The notes: generated by a model not told the origin, from the sequence alone. A stretch of DNA of 40,983 nt from Candidatus Zixiibacteriota bacterium (GCA_040235515.1 JBECKX010000063.1:1-40983), one strand, 5' to 3'. Counted from the first letter of the stretch, positions 25,099 through 35,747 are shown. A program made the numbers and translations.

Positions 25099-27417
25099 CT
25101 ACACACCCCGGGTCCGCGTTGTTTTGTTTGCGGCGATCAGTGCCTGACCCAATGCAAGTCCGCCATCATTTGTTGGCACTTCCGAATGCACCAGCACCTG
25201 ATAACCACGTGAGCGTAATTGAGCCAGCAGATGCTCGGTAAACAGTTCGTTCTGAAAGACACCGCCACTAAGCGCGATGCATCGTATGCCGGTCTTTTCG
25301 ACGGCCAGTTGTGCGACAGCGGCGAAGAGGTCAGCCAGTTGGAGGTGAAACCAGAATGCCAGCCGTTCTGCCGGAATACCGCTGAGCAGATGGTCCAGCA
25401 GTTCGCGGACGATTGGAATAAAGTCGATCTCCCCGGCGGTTGGAGTAGCGGACGTTGCTGCGGGGAGCGCACCACCCCCGTTGTTCCGAAACCGCAGTGC
25501 TGCCTGTTCCAGGTTGATAGCGGCCTGGGCTTCGAAGCTTGAGTGCAGACCAAATCCTAAGATAGCAGAGATGCCATCGAAGAGTCTGCCACAACTCGAA
25601 GTGAGTGGACGCGCACCGCGCCGCAAAAGGAATTGCTGTATAGTCCTCTTCTCTTCCGCCTTTATCGGCCCGAGCACATCCTGATGCAGAGAGTGGGCAT
25701 CCTCGACTCCTGCGGCTGAGAGGTAACTGATGACCATTTTCCAGGGGTGTTTGATTGCGGACTCGCCACCCGGCATCACGACAGGTTGCAACCAGGCGAA
25801 GCGCTCAAAGTCGCAAGTGTCACCGATCAGCACCTCACCGCCCCAGATCGTCGCATCGCTTCCGTACCCTGTCCCATCCAGAATAATACCCACCGCCGGA
25901 TGGTCGCAGTGATGCTCCGCCAGAACGGAGGCAAGGTGAGCATGATGGTGCTGCACCCGCATCACCGGAAGCACGGCCTGCGCCAGCGCCCAGCGCGTTG
26001 AGAGATAGTCGGGGTGCAAGTCGCAGGCGATCAGCTCCGGTTCAAACTGATGTGTCTTTCTCAGGTGCTCGATGGATTCTTCGAAGAACTGCAGCGCTTT
26101 CGGGTTGTCGAGGTCACCAATGTGTTGCGAGAAGAAGAAGCGATTTCCGCGCAGGTAGCCAATCGTGTTCTTCAGTTCGGCTCCACAGGCAAGAATAGAT
26201 TGTTGATGTTTGCGAATCAGGCGCACCGGCGAGGGAACGAAGCCACGCGCCCGACGCATGACTGATAGCCTCCCGGCGGTACTCATGACGACCGAATCAT
26301 CGCAGCGCTGCAGGATGTCGCGGTCATGGAGCAGGAACGCATCGGCAACATCACCCAGCCGGGAGATAGCCTCCTCGTTGCCGATCGCGATCGGCTCATC
26401 CGAGAGGTTTGCGCTGGTCATTACCAGGGCAATGAAATTGTCCTTAAGCAGCAGATGGTGAAGGGGCGTGTAGGGCAGCATCACTCCATAGCGAGTATTG
26501 TCAAATGCCACCGATTCAGCGATAACGGCATTGTCCTTTCGCCTGAGCAGCATGATCGGCGCGACGGGCGACAGTAACCACTTCAAATCGCCCTCTGACA
26601 CATCGCAAATCTGGTGCACCACCGACAGGTCGGCAACCATGATCGCCAGCGGCTTCTCCGCCCGCAGTTTGCGCTGTCGCAGGCGTAGTACGGCGGCGGC
26701 GTTGGTGGCATCAACTGCCAGGTGGAATCCACCGAGGCCGCGAATCGCCACGATCCGCCCAGCCCTCAGATAAGCGACAGTCTCAGCCAGCGGGTCGAGA
26801 TCAGGTTGAATCGCTCCATCGGTGTACCACGATAGCCGTGGTCCACACGCCGGACACGCCACCGGCTGCGCATGATAGCGGCGGTCCGCGACATTCTCAT
26901 ACTCGGCGCGGCAGATTTCGCACATCTGAAACGCGCTCATCGAAGTGTTCGAACGATCATACGGGACATTATCGACAATCGTGTAGCGTGGACCGCAATT
27001 CGTGCAGTTAGTGAAGGGGTAACGATAACGCCTGTCTGTCGGGTCGAACATCTCGCGCAGACAGTCGGCACAGACGGCGATATCTGCTGAGATCAACGTT
27101 GATACGGCACCGCTGCTGATGCTAGTTGTGATTGAGAAATCGGCATCACCCTTGAGTGGGAGCGAGGTGAGTGTGCTGGTATCGATTTTCGCTAGTGGAG
27201 GCAGTTCTGAGTGGAGCCGTCGACAAAACGACTCAATCTGCGGCACCGCGCCTTCCACCTCGATCAGGACACCTGCAGAGTTGTTGCAGACAAATCCGCT
27301 CAAGTGGAGTGAGGATGCCAACCGGTGAACGAAGGGTCGAAAGCCTACGCCCTGTACGACGCCATCGAGCACCAGCTGTCGCCGAACGCGCATTTCTTTG
27401 TCGTGGAGGGTCACCAT
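25099..27417 (-). CDS. hypF: HypF carbamoyltransferase
   Basis: Acylphosphatase domain VQGVGFRPFVHRLA, two Zn-finger CxxC pairs (CADCLREM...CTNCGPRYTI; CEICRAEY...CPACGPR), then YrdC-like and Kae1-like domains. 772 aa. Confidence 0.9.
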   Translation of the reverse strand: MVTLHDKEMRVRRQLVLDGVVQGVGFRPFVHRLASSLHLSGFVCNNSAGVLIEVEGAVPQIESFCRRLHSELPPLAKIDTSTLTSLPLKGDADFSITTSISSGAVSTLISADIAVCADCLREMFDPTDRRYRYPFTNCTNCGPRYTIVDNVPYDRSNTSMSAFQMCEICRAEYENVADRRYHAQPVACPACGPRLSWYTDGAIQPDLDPLAETVAYLRAGRIVAIRGLGGFHLAVDATNAAAVLRLRQRKLRAEKPLAIMVADLSVVHQICDVSEGDLKWLLSPVAPIMLLRRKDNAVIAESVAFDNTRYGVMLPYTPLHHLLLKDNFIALVMTSANLSDEPIAIGNEEAISRLGDVADAFLLHDRDILQRCDDSVVMSTAGRLSVMRRARGFVPSPVRLIRKHQQSILACGAELKNTIGYLRGNRFFFSQHIGDLDNPKALQFFEESIEHLRKTHQFEPELIACDLHPDYLSTRWALAQAVLPVMRVQHHHAHLASVLAEHHCDHPAVGIILDGTGYGSDATIWGGEVLIGDTCDFERFAWLQPVVMPGGESAIKHPWKMVISYLSAAGVEDAHSLHQDVLGPIKAEEKRTIQQFLLRRGARPLTSSCGRLFDGISAILGFGLHSSFEAQAAINLEQAALRFRNNGGGALPAATSATPTAGEIDFIPIVRELLDHLLSGIPAERLAFWFHLQLADLFAAVAQLAVEKTGIRCIALSGGVFQNELFTEHLLAQLRSRGYQVLVHSEVPTNDGGLALGQALIAANKTTRTRGV

Positions 27418-27438
27418 CAGAAATCAATCCCGGTTCGG

Positions 27439-28119
27439 CTAGCTGCCCAGCCGCTGCAGTTGCTTCTGCTCAACTGCGTTCCTGAGCCAGCCATACCAAT
27501 CCTCCAACCCGACGCCTGATCTGCAGGATAGCGTGAGGAAAGTCAGGTTTCCGTTAATCTGCCGAGCGTTCCTGACGGCGGTGTCGAGATCAAAGTCACA
27601 CAGTTCGAGCATATCGATTTTGTTGATAACCATGACGGATGAGCGTCGAAACATGCCGGGGTACTTGAGTGGCTTATCGTCCCCCTCGGTAGTACTCATC
27701 AAGACTACCTTGAGGTCCTCCCCGAGGTCATAGCTTGATGGACACACCAGGTTGCCGACATTCTCGATGAAGAGCAGTTCTATCTCTTCCAGATCGAGTT
27801 GATCTACAGATTTCGCTACCATCCTTGCATCGAGATGACACGCCCCTCCGGTCGTAATCGGTCGCACCATTCTGGCTCCCGCCCTGCGCAGTCGATCAGC
27901 GTCGTTCTCCGTCTGCACATCGCCGGCAATCATCGCCAGCTTGATTTCCTCTCCCAGCGCGCTGATGGTCCGTTCCAGCAGGCTGGTTTTGCCCGAACCG
28001 GGTGAACTGACCAGATTGATGCAAAAGATCCCCAAACGGGCAAAACGCTCCCGCAGGTCTGCGGCGAGGCGGTCGTTCTCTGACAGGACTTTTTCCGCAA
28101 CGGTCACTTTCCGAGTCAT
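27439..28119 (-). CDS. hypB: HypB Ni-binding GTPase
   Basis: P-loop SSPGSGKTSLLERTI and the CxxC...C region ahead of the G-domain. 4-nt overlap with hypA. Confidence 0.9.
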   Translation of the reverse strand: MTRKVTVAEKVLSENDRLAADLRERFARLGIFCINLVSSPGSGKTSLLERTISALGEEIKLAMIAGDVQTENDADRLRRAGARMVRPITTGGACHLDARMVAKSVDQLDLEEIELLFIENVGNLVCPSSYDLGEDLKVVLMSTTEGDDKPLKYPGMFRRSSVMVINKIDMLELCDFDLDTAVRNARQINGNLTFLTLSCRSGVGLEDWYGWLRNAVEQKQLQRLGS

Positions 28120-28517
28120 TTGGCCCTCGCCTTCTGTTCCGGGGGATTACATGTAGTGGTCCGGGTTGGATCGTCATCGATCTCAAGATACGCGATCTCC
28201 AGTTCATTGCCCGCGAGCAGCGTGACCGAGTAGCAGTTACATTCCGGGCACTGGAATAGAAAGCGCTCCGAGACGATGAACTCGATTGCACAGGAGTCAC
28301 AGCGGCATTTGATTGGGATAGATTCGATTCGCAGGGTGGTTTCCTCGAGCGGAGTTTCGCGCGCAGAGACTTCGAATCCGAACTGCAGCGCTTCAGGGAC
28401 GACATCAGTGAGCTCACCGATGCGCAGCACGACCGTCTGAACCTGCCCATAAGCATGTTCCTCGATTTGACGAAGAACATGTTCCATGATTGTCTGTGCG
28501 ATGGCAAGTTCATGCAT
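28116..28517 (-). CDS. hypA: HypA Ni metallochaperone
   Basis: Conserved MHE N-terminus (MHELAIAQTIMEHV) at an internal ATG with SD GAGGA. C-terminal Zn site CRCDSC...CPECNC. Confidence 0.9.
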   Translation of the reverse strand: MHELAIAQTIMEHVLRQIEEHAYGQVQTVVLRIGELTDVVPEALQFGFEVSARETPLEETTLRIESIPIKCRCDSCAIEFIVSERFLFQCPECNCYSVTLLAGNELEIAYLEIDDDPTRTTTCNPPEQKARAK

Positions 28518-28797
28518 AGTAGCTATCCTCACTCCCTGCTGGTCGGTATAGCGTTGCTCGTCCCGCCACCGCCAATAAAGGGATCAGGAATATTAAAAGC
28601 TACTGTTTTATCTAAGTTTTGCAGGCGTGTGGAGAGTGGCCCCCGTTAGATCGCTCCCCCTCGGCTGCTCCTCTTTCGATCCGGGCAATTGTATCTTGGC
28701 TAAGCGCCGGTTCAACTATATCTTAGCGGGAAGCAGCGGGCTGACAAAGCTCCCGCCGAAAACGACAGAATGGCAACCGGATTGACCAACAGGTATA

Positions 28798-31629
28798 ATG
28801 ACTGAATCAGCAGACCACAACGACGCTACGCGCCAGGTGCAGGTACTGAAGCCCGGCAGCAGAATCGGCCGCTATGAGCTGGTACGCCGGTTGGGCGCCG
28901 GCGGGATGGGTGAGGTTTATCTGGCCCAGGATACTCTGCTGCGCCGCCAGGTTGCGTTGAAATTCCTGATGCCCCACCTGGTAGCTGATGCATCCTTCAA
29001 GGAGCGCTTCCTGCGTGAGGCGCGCTCCGCTGCAGCCTTAAACCATCCGAACATCGTCACCATTTACGAAGTTGGCGATCACGACGGTTATTCATTCATC
29101 GCCATGGAATTCATTGAAGGTTCGCCCCTGAGCGAGTTGGTGGGGGGTGGCGGAGTCGAGCCGGCGCAGATCGTTGGGATCGTGCTGCAGATTTGTGCGG
29201 GACTGGAAGCGGCCCATCGTGCGGGGCTGGTTCATCGCGATATCAAACCTGCCAACATCCTCCTGGGCAGTGACAACCGGGTTCGCATTCTCGATTTTGG
29301 ACTCGCCAAAAGCAACAGTGACCAGCAACTGACCCAGCAAGGTATGGCGATCGGTACGGTTCAATATATGTCGCCGGAGCAGGCGCAGAGTAAGGAGCTC
29401 GATCGGCGCAGCGACCTCTTTTCGCTTGGGGTGGTGATCTATGAATTGCTCGCGGGCAAATCGCCATTCCGAAAGGACCAGCCGATGTCAACGATGTATG
29501 CCATCATCAATGAGGAGCCTCCTCGACTTGCTCTCAAGGAGCAATCGCAGAGTGACTTCTGGCAAAGCATCCTCGACCGGCTCCTCGCAAAGAATGTTGC
29601 CGATAGATTCGATTCGGCGGCAAGCCTGTCCGATGCCGTGTCGGTTGCGTCTGGTCCCTCTACGACCTCCCTTACCGCGATCCCCGCTCAGGCTCCGCGA
29701 ACACGTGCGCTGGCGGTGCTTTACCTGAGAAACATGGGACAGCCGGATGATGAGTTCATCGGCTACGGCATTACGGAGGATCTGATAGTTGATCTATCGC
29801 GAATCGGATCATTGCGTGTCGCCCCCATGCGGTCGATCCTGCGCTTTAAGGATTCCGATGCGGACCTCAAGGAGATCGCGGAGCAGCTTGATGTCTCGAT
29901 GGTGCTGGATGGCTCGATCATGCGTATGGGAGATCACATCAGAGTGTCCGCAAACCTGGTGGAGATTCAAAGCAATCAATCACTCTGGGCGGAGCGCTGG
30001 GAGGAGTCGTTTACGCGGCTGCCGCAGATCAAGACTGCGCTCGCGGAGGGTGTCAGCGCGGCGTTGCAGGTAACTCATTCACAGGTGGAAGTGCTGCGTG
30101 TGGGTGCGCCGGACGCACAGGATCACACCGCGTACGAGCAGTATCTGCGAGCCAAGTATCTGTTCGAACATAAGCAGGATAGTTCCGATGTCGACATTGC
30201 CATGGGGCTTTACAAGGAAGCGCTGCGGCGTGAGGGCGGATTGATTGCGGCACAAGCCGGTTTGGCGGAGATTCTCTCGTATCAGGGTCAGTATCCGCAG
30301 GCACTGCAGATGCTGCAGCAGTCGGTTCAGGATGCCGAGGAACACGAGTTGAAACCGGAGCAAGCCGCGATTCGCCGCCTGCTGGCGGAAACGTATCGCA
30401 AGATGTCACGCTGGGAGGAGGCGTGGGAGCAGGCCGAGGCCGCAAAATCGATTTATGAATCGCTCAATGATCTCGCCGGTGAATCAGAAACACTATCAAC
30501 GATGATTTCGATCCTTCAGCCACAATCCCGTTACGATGAGATACTTGAATTGTTCGACCGCCTGCTGGAGATAGCGCGGGAGCAGGATGACAAGGAAAAG
30601 ACCGCCGATGCTTTGAAAACGATGGGCGTCGTTTATGCGCGGCGAGGTGAATATGACAACGCGCTATCGCTCTATGAGGAGTCGATGCAGATGGCGGTTG
30701 CAAAGAAGAACCTCGCACTGCAGGCCGCCTGTCTTTCAAACATTGGAAATGTAGAGTTCTTTCGAAGGGACCATGAGGCAGCGGCCGAGTATTATCGCAA
30801 GTCCCGAGATCTGTACGACAAGATTGGTGACAAAGCCGGCTCTACCCGTCAGCTCCTCAACGAGGGAACGATCCACTACATCCGTGCCGATTATGCGAAG
30901 GCGGCGGAGCGGTTCAAGGAGGCAGTTGACGATTTCGAGAGGGTCGACAACAAGAGTTCATTGTCGCTCGCGCTCCTCAACCTGAGCCAGACCAAGCTTC
31001 AACTGGGCGAGATCGAGAGTGCTTCCAGAGCGGCCCGCAGAGCGCTGGAGCTTGGTACGGAGATTCGCAGACCGCTGGTTGAGTGCGATGGCCACCTGCG
31101 CCTCGGCGATATCGCACTATTACAGGGCGACCTTGCCTCCGCCGAGGAGTCCTATGAACAGGCGCTTGCAATCGCTGAGGATCACAGTTTCACGCGCAAT
31201 GCAGCCTACATCCACCTAGCGATGGCAGACCTGTTTTACCTCAAGAATAACTTCACAAGCTCCGCGAGTGCGGCCAGGAATGCCAAGCGGGCTGCCAAGG
31301 AAGTTGACGAGAAGTCGATCATGCAGATGGCAACCGCGTACGGTGCGGCGGCTTCCTGTCGCAAGGGGCTGGTCAATGCCGCCCTGCGTGAATTGAGGGG
31401 GGTGGTTCAGGAATTCGGGCAGCAACCGGACCGGGCGATGGAGATTCGCGCAAAATCCTTGCTCGCGGACGCACTGATATTTTGCGGTGGTACCGAGGAA
31501 CGAGAGAGCGAAGGGCATGAGTTGTTCGCCGAGATTACTGCTCTGGCAGAACGGCTGAACCTGAAGCTCGAGTCCAGGCGACTGCAGGATCGATTAGACC
31601 CGGACAATCGACAACCCGATCCGGAGTAG
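28798..31629 (+). CDS. Hanks-type Ser/Thr protein kinase with a TolB-N-like/CadC-type linker domain and C-terminal TPR repeats
   Basis: LGAGGMGEVY, VALK, HRDIKPANILL, DFGLAK and GTVQYMSPEQ are all canonical. Then ALAVLYLRNMGQPDDEFIGYGITEDLIVDLSRIGSLRV (the motif seen N-terminal to TPRs in many bacterial signalling proteins), followed by about 500 aa of TPR-like repeats. Confidence 0.9.
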   Translation: MTESADHNDATRQVQVLKPGSRIGRYELVRRLGAGGMGEVYLAQDTLLRRQVALKFLMPHLVADASFKERFLREARSAAALNHPNIVTIYEVGDHDGYSFIAMEFIEGSPLSELVGGGGVEPAQIVGIVLQICAGLEAAHRAGLVHRDIKPANILLGSDNRVRILDFGLAKSNSDQQLTQQGMAIGTVQYMSPEQAQSKELDRRSDLFSLGVVIYELLAGKSPFRKDQPMSTMYAIINEEPPRLALKEQSQSDFWQSILDRLLAKNVADRFDSAASLSDAVSVASGPSTTSLTAIPAQAPRTRALAVLYLRNMGQPDDEFIGYGITEDLIVDLSRIGSLRVAPMRSILRFKDSDADLKEIAEQLDVSMVLDGSIMRMGDHIRVSANLVEIQSNQSLWAERWEESFTRLPQIKTALAEGVSAALQVTHSQVEVLRVGAPDAQDHTAYEQYLRAKYLFEHKQDSSDVDIAMGLYKEALRREGGLIAAQAGLAEILSYQGQYPQALQMLQQSVQDAEEHELKPEQAAIRRLLAETYRKMSRWEEAWEQAEAAKSIYESLNDLAGESETLSTMISILQPQSRYDEILELFDRLLEIAREQDDKEKTADALKTMGVVYARRGEYDNALSLYEESMQMAVAKKNLALQAACLSNIGNVEFFRRDHEAAAEYYRKSRDLYDKIGDKAGSTRQLLNEGTIHYIRADYAKAAERFKEAVDDFERVDNKSSLSLALLNLSQTKLQLGEIESASRAARRALELGTEIRRPLVECDGHLRLGDIALLQGDLASAEESYEQALAIAEDHSFTRNAAYIHLAMADLFYLKNNFTSSASAARNAKRAAKEVDEKSIMQMATAYGAAASCRKGLVNAALRELRGVVQEFGQQPDRAMEIRAKSLLADALIFCGGTEERESEGHELFAEITALAERLNLKLESRRLQDRLDPDNRQPDPE

Positions 31630-31631
31630 TC

Positions 31632-32636
31632 TTACTCTTTCAGGAAGTATAACTGCCAGAGGTCACGTGCGCTGCGTGACAGCACCGGGCTCAGTGCGAG
31701 TTTTCCGGTCGTCCCGATGCTTTCCTCGAGGTATTGCAACTCTTCAAACCGCTCCTTGACCTGCGGATCGACACCAACCTTGATACCCGCTTCCCGCATC
31801 AAGAGAATCCCTTTGGCTTGCAGCGAGAGTTCGAGTTGAATTCGCAGCAGACAGAGCATGTCGGCGATTGCCTCCCCCGCGAAGCGTGATTTCAGCGACT
31901 CCAGGTACTTACCGACCTTGGAATCCGAAATCTCCCCTGAGAGAATAGATTCCAGCATCTCCGCATCGGCATCGAGTCCGACCCCCAACCAGTTCCTGGT
32001 GGTCGCTTCGCTGCGCTGGAATACGATAATGACGCCGAGGGGTGCAAGTATCAAAATCAGAATCGTGGTGACAAGCGGCGTGAAAGGAAAATGATTGTAG
32101 GCTGAATGCAGCAGATAGGTTAGCAAAATGCCGGGCAGGTACGCTGCCACGTGGCTGCTGCCCAGGCGATCGGCCAGCGTCTTGGCAGCAATCGCAAAAA
32201 TAGCGGTCGCCCCGCCATGCATTACGGCAGTGCCGAACCCCCTGATCGCAAAGAGCACCGGATTCGTTTCTTGCAGTGCCACCAGGTAGTAGAGGTTTTC
32301 CACCAGGGCGAATCCGGCACCGACTGCAAAGCCGTGGATGGCGGCATCAACCGAGAAACCGATTCGCTTGCGGGTGATCAGAAAGATGATGAAGAGCGCT
32401 TTAAAGGATTCCTCGACCGCAGGGGCGACATAACGCGAGAAATCTGTTTGGTCCAGAGCTAGCAATTTCAGGAGTTGGCTGTTGACCAGGAGGCAAATCA
32501 GCGCGACCCCTACTCCGGCGAGGATCGAACGGATGACGCTGCTCAAGCGGACCAGTTTGAAACTGTCGAGATAAATCAAGCCTAGCAGAAAGACAATGAC
32601 GGGAGCTATTGAGAGAAATGCGTTGAGTACGATCAC
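31632..32636 (-). CDS. PrsW-family intramembrane metalloprotease-like protein
   Basis: Polytopic membrane protein with EESFK (EExxK), ...AIHGF..., MHGG and HSAYNHF (HxxxN) motifs in successive TM helices, as in the B. subtilis anti-sigma-W site-1 protease PrsW. C-terminal soluble domain of about 130 aa. Start overlaps the upstream stop (ATGA). Confidence 0.55.
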   Translation of the reverse strand: MIVLNAFLSIAPVIVFLLGLIYLDSFKLVRLSSVIRSILAGVGVALICLLVNSQLLKLLALDQTDFSRYVAPAVEESFKALFIIFLITRKRIGFSVDAAIHGFAVGAGFALVENLYYLVALQETNPVLFAIRGFGTAVMHGGATAIFAIAAKTLADRLGSSHVAAYLPGILLTYLLHSAYNHFPFTPLVTTILILILAPLGVIIVFQRSEATTRNWLGVGLDADAEMLESILSGEISDSKVGKYLESLKSRFAGEAIADMLCLLRIQLELSLQAKGILLMREAGIKVGVDPQVKERFEELQYLEESIGTTGKLALSPVLSRSARDLWQLYFLKE

Positions 32637-35587
32637 AAGATCTTGAGAGATAACATGAATTCTGTTTGGCGGCGCTCATTGATTTCCGCAGCTACCGCGT
32701 AGCCGGCGGACAATGTCAGGTCTTGATGTGACAACATTATAAGTTTCACATCGATTTGTCCACCTAAATTCAGATATCGTCTACGAAGATCTTTTACGTC
32801 GAAGTTGGTTGCAAGCCCACCGCTGAAGAATGATATCCTTGCCCAGGACGCGTAGAAGCTCGGAATACCCAACTGCCGGAAGCGGATCGCGGGCAGGTTG
32901 AGTTCCAGCAGGGAGCTGACAAAGGTTGTCCCCCCTGCCTGGTTGAGTTCCAGTCCGGGAAAGCTGTAATACATGCGATAACGTTTTGTTGCTCCATGAT
33001 CGACCCAGTTGTTGCCGAACCCTCCGAAATAGAAATTGGCCAGCGGTTCGATTCTCGCGGTCGGTGATCCCCCGATCGCGTTGCGCAACCAGACCGAAGT
33101 GTGCGGTACCGGCAGCTCCATGCCGAGATCCAGCGTTGAGTAGACCCTCGGGAAGAATTTCTTGTTCACGTACTTGGAGTTTCCAACCAACTGGCACGCG
33201 ATTCCGCGCTCATAGTCGACCGCGCCTATCGATGCCCTTCTGTTGCTATAGTTGACATGTGCCCCGCCGGAAAGGAACCGGTCAAATGAAGTCGTGATGT
33301 TCTGGTAGGCGGGCAGTTTCTCCAGACCGCCATACGCGGCGAGGTCAAAGCCATAGCCGGATGCCTTCGGCCCATCCATGTAGAGAGTTCCGCTGTAGCG
33401 CACGCTGCCGGAATAGCCCTTGCGACTGGTCTTGGTGGGCCCGAACAGGTCATAGAAATCCGCGGCGTTGTAACGGGCTGCAAAACTCCAGCTCAAGTGG
33501 CTGTAGTCGAACGCACCGTGCCAGCGCTCATCGGTCGGTATCCTCACATTGGGGGAATATGATGCGGTGAAGTTGAACTCGTGCAGCAGCAATGGATCTG
33601 AGAGATTGAGCTGCATTCCATAGGCGACATGATCCCCATAGCCTTCAACGACCGGATATGTCGATGCGACACCGACGCTCTTGAAGGCGTTATAGTCGCC
33701 ATCATAAACCGTGATCGAATCCAGGTTGATATCGGCGGGAGAGCCGGCAAGCCAGTCGGTCACGACGGGATGTTTCTCTACGATCGCCTGTCCGAGGTAG
33801 TTGACGGCATTAACATCTGTCAGGGGCCGCGCATTGAACTTCACCGGCGTGAACCCGTTCGGCCTGAATTCGAAGGCGATCAGCGAGTCGGCGGTGTATG
33901 GCAGTTGCCGGAACAAACCCGACTCGCAGTTCGATAAGATCTCCATCGAATCGAGATCAGAATCATAGCGCCAGATGTTGGAAACGCCGGTGTAGTAGCT
34001 GGATCCAAGCAGGTAGCGACCATCGCCCGAGTAAACGAAGTTGGCGGGACTGCTATTTTCGAAGTCGAACAATATCGTGTAAGTCGTATCACCGGCCATC
34101 AGCCCGGCGATCTCCATCTGAATCAATGTCTGACGACCACTGATCTCCGAGAGCGCACCGGCCAGTTTCGTTCCGTCGCGATTGACGTCGATGTCGTAGA
34201 TGTCGCGGCCATAAGGCCAGGAATAGATCTGGTTCCACCTGTCGTATGGGTAAGGTATTCTCACCAGGGTAGAGATTCCGGCAGCGTGCCTTACGCCCCA
34301 GAGGGAGGAGTCCGCTTCGCAGAAAGCGAGATCGCCGATTCTGGCATCCTTTTGCAGAAGTCGCGTTTCACCGGTTTGCAGGTCGACGACATTGAGGTCA
34401 CGCCATTCGTTGTTATCGGAGGTATAGAAGAGCTGGTCGCGCTGACGATCGTAGACGACCGATCCAACGAAGAACATTGCCGCACCCTTGACATCGCAGA
34501 CCTGTCGCATTTTTCCGGTATCAACATTGATTGCCGCGATGTGCGAAGTACGCCCCGGATAGTTCACCGCCACATAGATTTCCCGTCGCCGTTCGTCAAA
34601 ACACGCCCTGGAGATCGAACCGAGTTCCTGAGCCGTGATCTGAGCCAGTTCGGTCGTTGGATACTCGCGGATCAAACTCAGGTTTTCCTGCTGGAACACG
34701 TGCTCCCATTTGATCCAGTCGTTCCAGGCTTCACCGAGGCCGACCCCGAAGATGCGCTTAAAGTCCGAGGCAAAGTAGCTGTTCGATTCCTGGCGGCGTG
34801 CCATCCACTGTAGCAGTTTTTCCGGGCCATATTCGAGCGCCACGTAGCTCACGAAGCGTGTGCCATAAAGATAGGCATTGACGGTCTGCTGGAAGTCAAC
34901 CTTCGTTCCCTCTGTCTCAAGTCCGACCAGATCGTAGATCGGTGCATCGTTTAGCACGCGTGTACGAAAGACCATTTCATCGTAGGGTCCCAGTACGCGA
35001 CCCAGGCCGCCAGCCATCCAGGTCTCCATGAAGACAGCGGTTCCTTCGTGGAACCACCTCGGAGCTGACCGCCTTGGGACGGTCAGGTGACTGTAGAGCA
35101 TGGTCAGGGGTTGGTCGGAGTCCTCGCGGATTTTGCCCATGAAGATGGTTCTGAAGAAGTTGTCGCTACCGTCGGCTCTGTCGCTTGCGACGATGTGCAG
35201 AAGCTCGTGGTTCATGGTAGCGTTCATGCGCTCGTTCGCGGGTGCGTTTTCGTAGACGTAGCTGAACGGCGCAATTGCTACCGAGATATGATTGCGAGGA
35301 GCCGAGCTGGCACCGGCGTTGCCATAGTCTCCCATGTCGTGGAGAAGGACAGTGATCTTTTCTTTGGACTTGTAGTTGAACAGCTTCTGGTGAAGCGCCA
35401 GTGAGTTCTCGAAGCAGCGCGCGGTGTAAGGAACCAGGTATTTATTGATTTCGCCGTAGTAGATCAGGTTCAGATTCTTCGTTTCGAACGAACTGAGCTG
35501 AGCACTGGCTGAGCCGATGAAGAGAGTGACGATGAGCAGTGTCGTATGAATCAATGGCAGACACTGTCGGAGCTTCCGAATTTGCAC
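32633..35587 (-). CDS. Large exported protein: N-terminal gluzincin (M1-like HExxH...WxxEG) domain, central beta-propeller-like repeats, beta-strand-rich Omp85-like C-terminal region
   Basis: Signal peptide LLIVTLFIGSASAQ. MNHELLHIVAS...RWFHEGTAVFME (compare HExxH...WLNEG in the M1/LTA4H family). Repeated YxxDxxxxxL-type propeller blades (TSDNNEWRDLNVVDLQTGE, GRDIYDIDVNRDGTKLAG). C-terminal 300 aa with an alternating hydrophobic pattern and NFYFGGFGNN, reminiscent of BamA/TamA barrels. Confidence 0.55.
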   Translation of the reverse strand: MQIRKLRQCLPLIHTTLLIVTLFIGSASAQLSSFETKNLNLIYYGEINKYLVPYTARCFENSLALHQKLFNYKSKEKITVLLHDMGDYGNAGASSAPRNHISVAIAPFSYVYENAPANERMNATMNHELLHIVASDRADGSDNFFRTIFMGKIREDSDQPLTMLYSHLTVPRRSAPRWFHEGTAVFMETWMAGGLGRVLGPYDEMVFRTRVLNDAPIYDLVGLETEGTKVDFQQTVNAYLYGTRFVSYVALEYGPEKLLQWMARRQESNSYFASDFKRIFGVGLGEAWNDWIKWEHVFQQENLSLIREYPTTELAQITAQELGSISRACFDERRREIYVAVNYPGRTSHIAAINVDTGKMRQVCDVKGAAMFFVGSVVYDRQRDQLFYTSDNNEWRDLNVVDLQTGETRLLQKDARIGDLAFCEADSSLWGVRHAAGISTLVRIPYPYDRWNQIYSWPYGRDIYDIDVNRDGTKLAGALSEISGRQTLIQMEIAGLMAGDTTYTILFDFENSSPANFVYSGDGRYLLGSSYYTGVSNIWRYDSDLDSMEILSNCESGLFRQLPYTADSLIAFEFRPNGFTPVKFNARPLTDVNAVNYLGQAIVEKHPVVTDWLAGSPADINLDSITVYDGDYNAFKSVGVASTYPVVEGYGDHVAYGMQLNLSDPLLLHEFNFTASYSPNVRIPTDERWHGAFDYSHLSWSFAARYNAADFYDLFGPTKTSRKGYSGSVRYSGTLYMDGPKASGYGFDLAAYGGLEKLPAYQNITTSFDRFLSGGAHVNYSNRRASIGAVDYERGIACQLVGNSKYVNKKFFPRVYSTLDLGMELPVPHTSVWLRNAIGGSPTARIEPLANFYFGGFGNNWVDHGATKRYRMYYSFPGLELNQAGGTTFVSSLLELNLPAIRFRQLGIPSFYASWARISFFSGGLATNFDVKDLRRRYLNLGGQIDVKLIMLSHQDLTLSAGYAVAAEINERRQTEFMLSLKIL

Positions 35588-35747
35588 GACGCCTCGAATT
35601 TGCAGGAGGTTAGAATAGGTAGTTTTGCTGCGGCCAGGTTACACAGACGAAAGCTTCCGCCATATCAGGCAGAAGCCTCCGCAGCCATGCAACGTTTCAA
35701 AAACAGGGTCCCGTTTGGGGACCCTGTCTGAGACTGAAAGGGCTGCT

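Noticed and set aside
28771-28799. TGGCAaccggaTTGac (sigma-54-like) and a perfect TATAAT just before or over the Ser/Thr kinase start codon
   Set aside because: The -12 GC dinucleotide is missing, and the TATAAT overlaps the ATG itself (tatAATG), leaving no room for a transcript 5' end. Likely coincidental.
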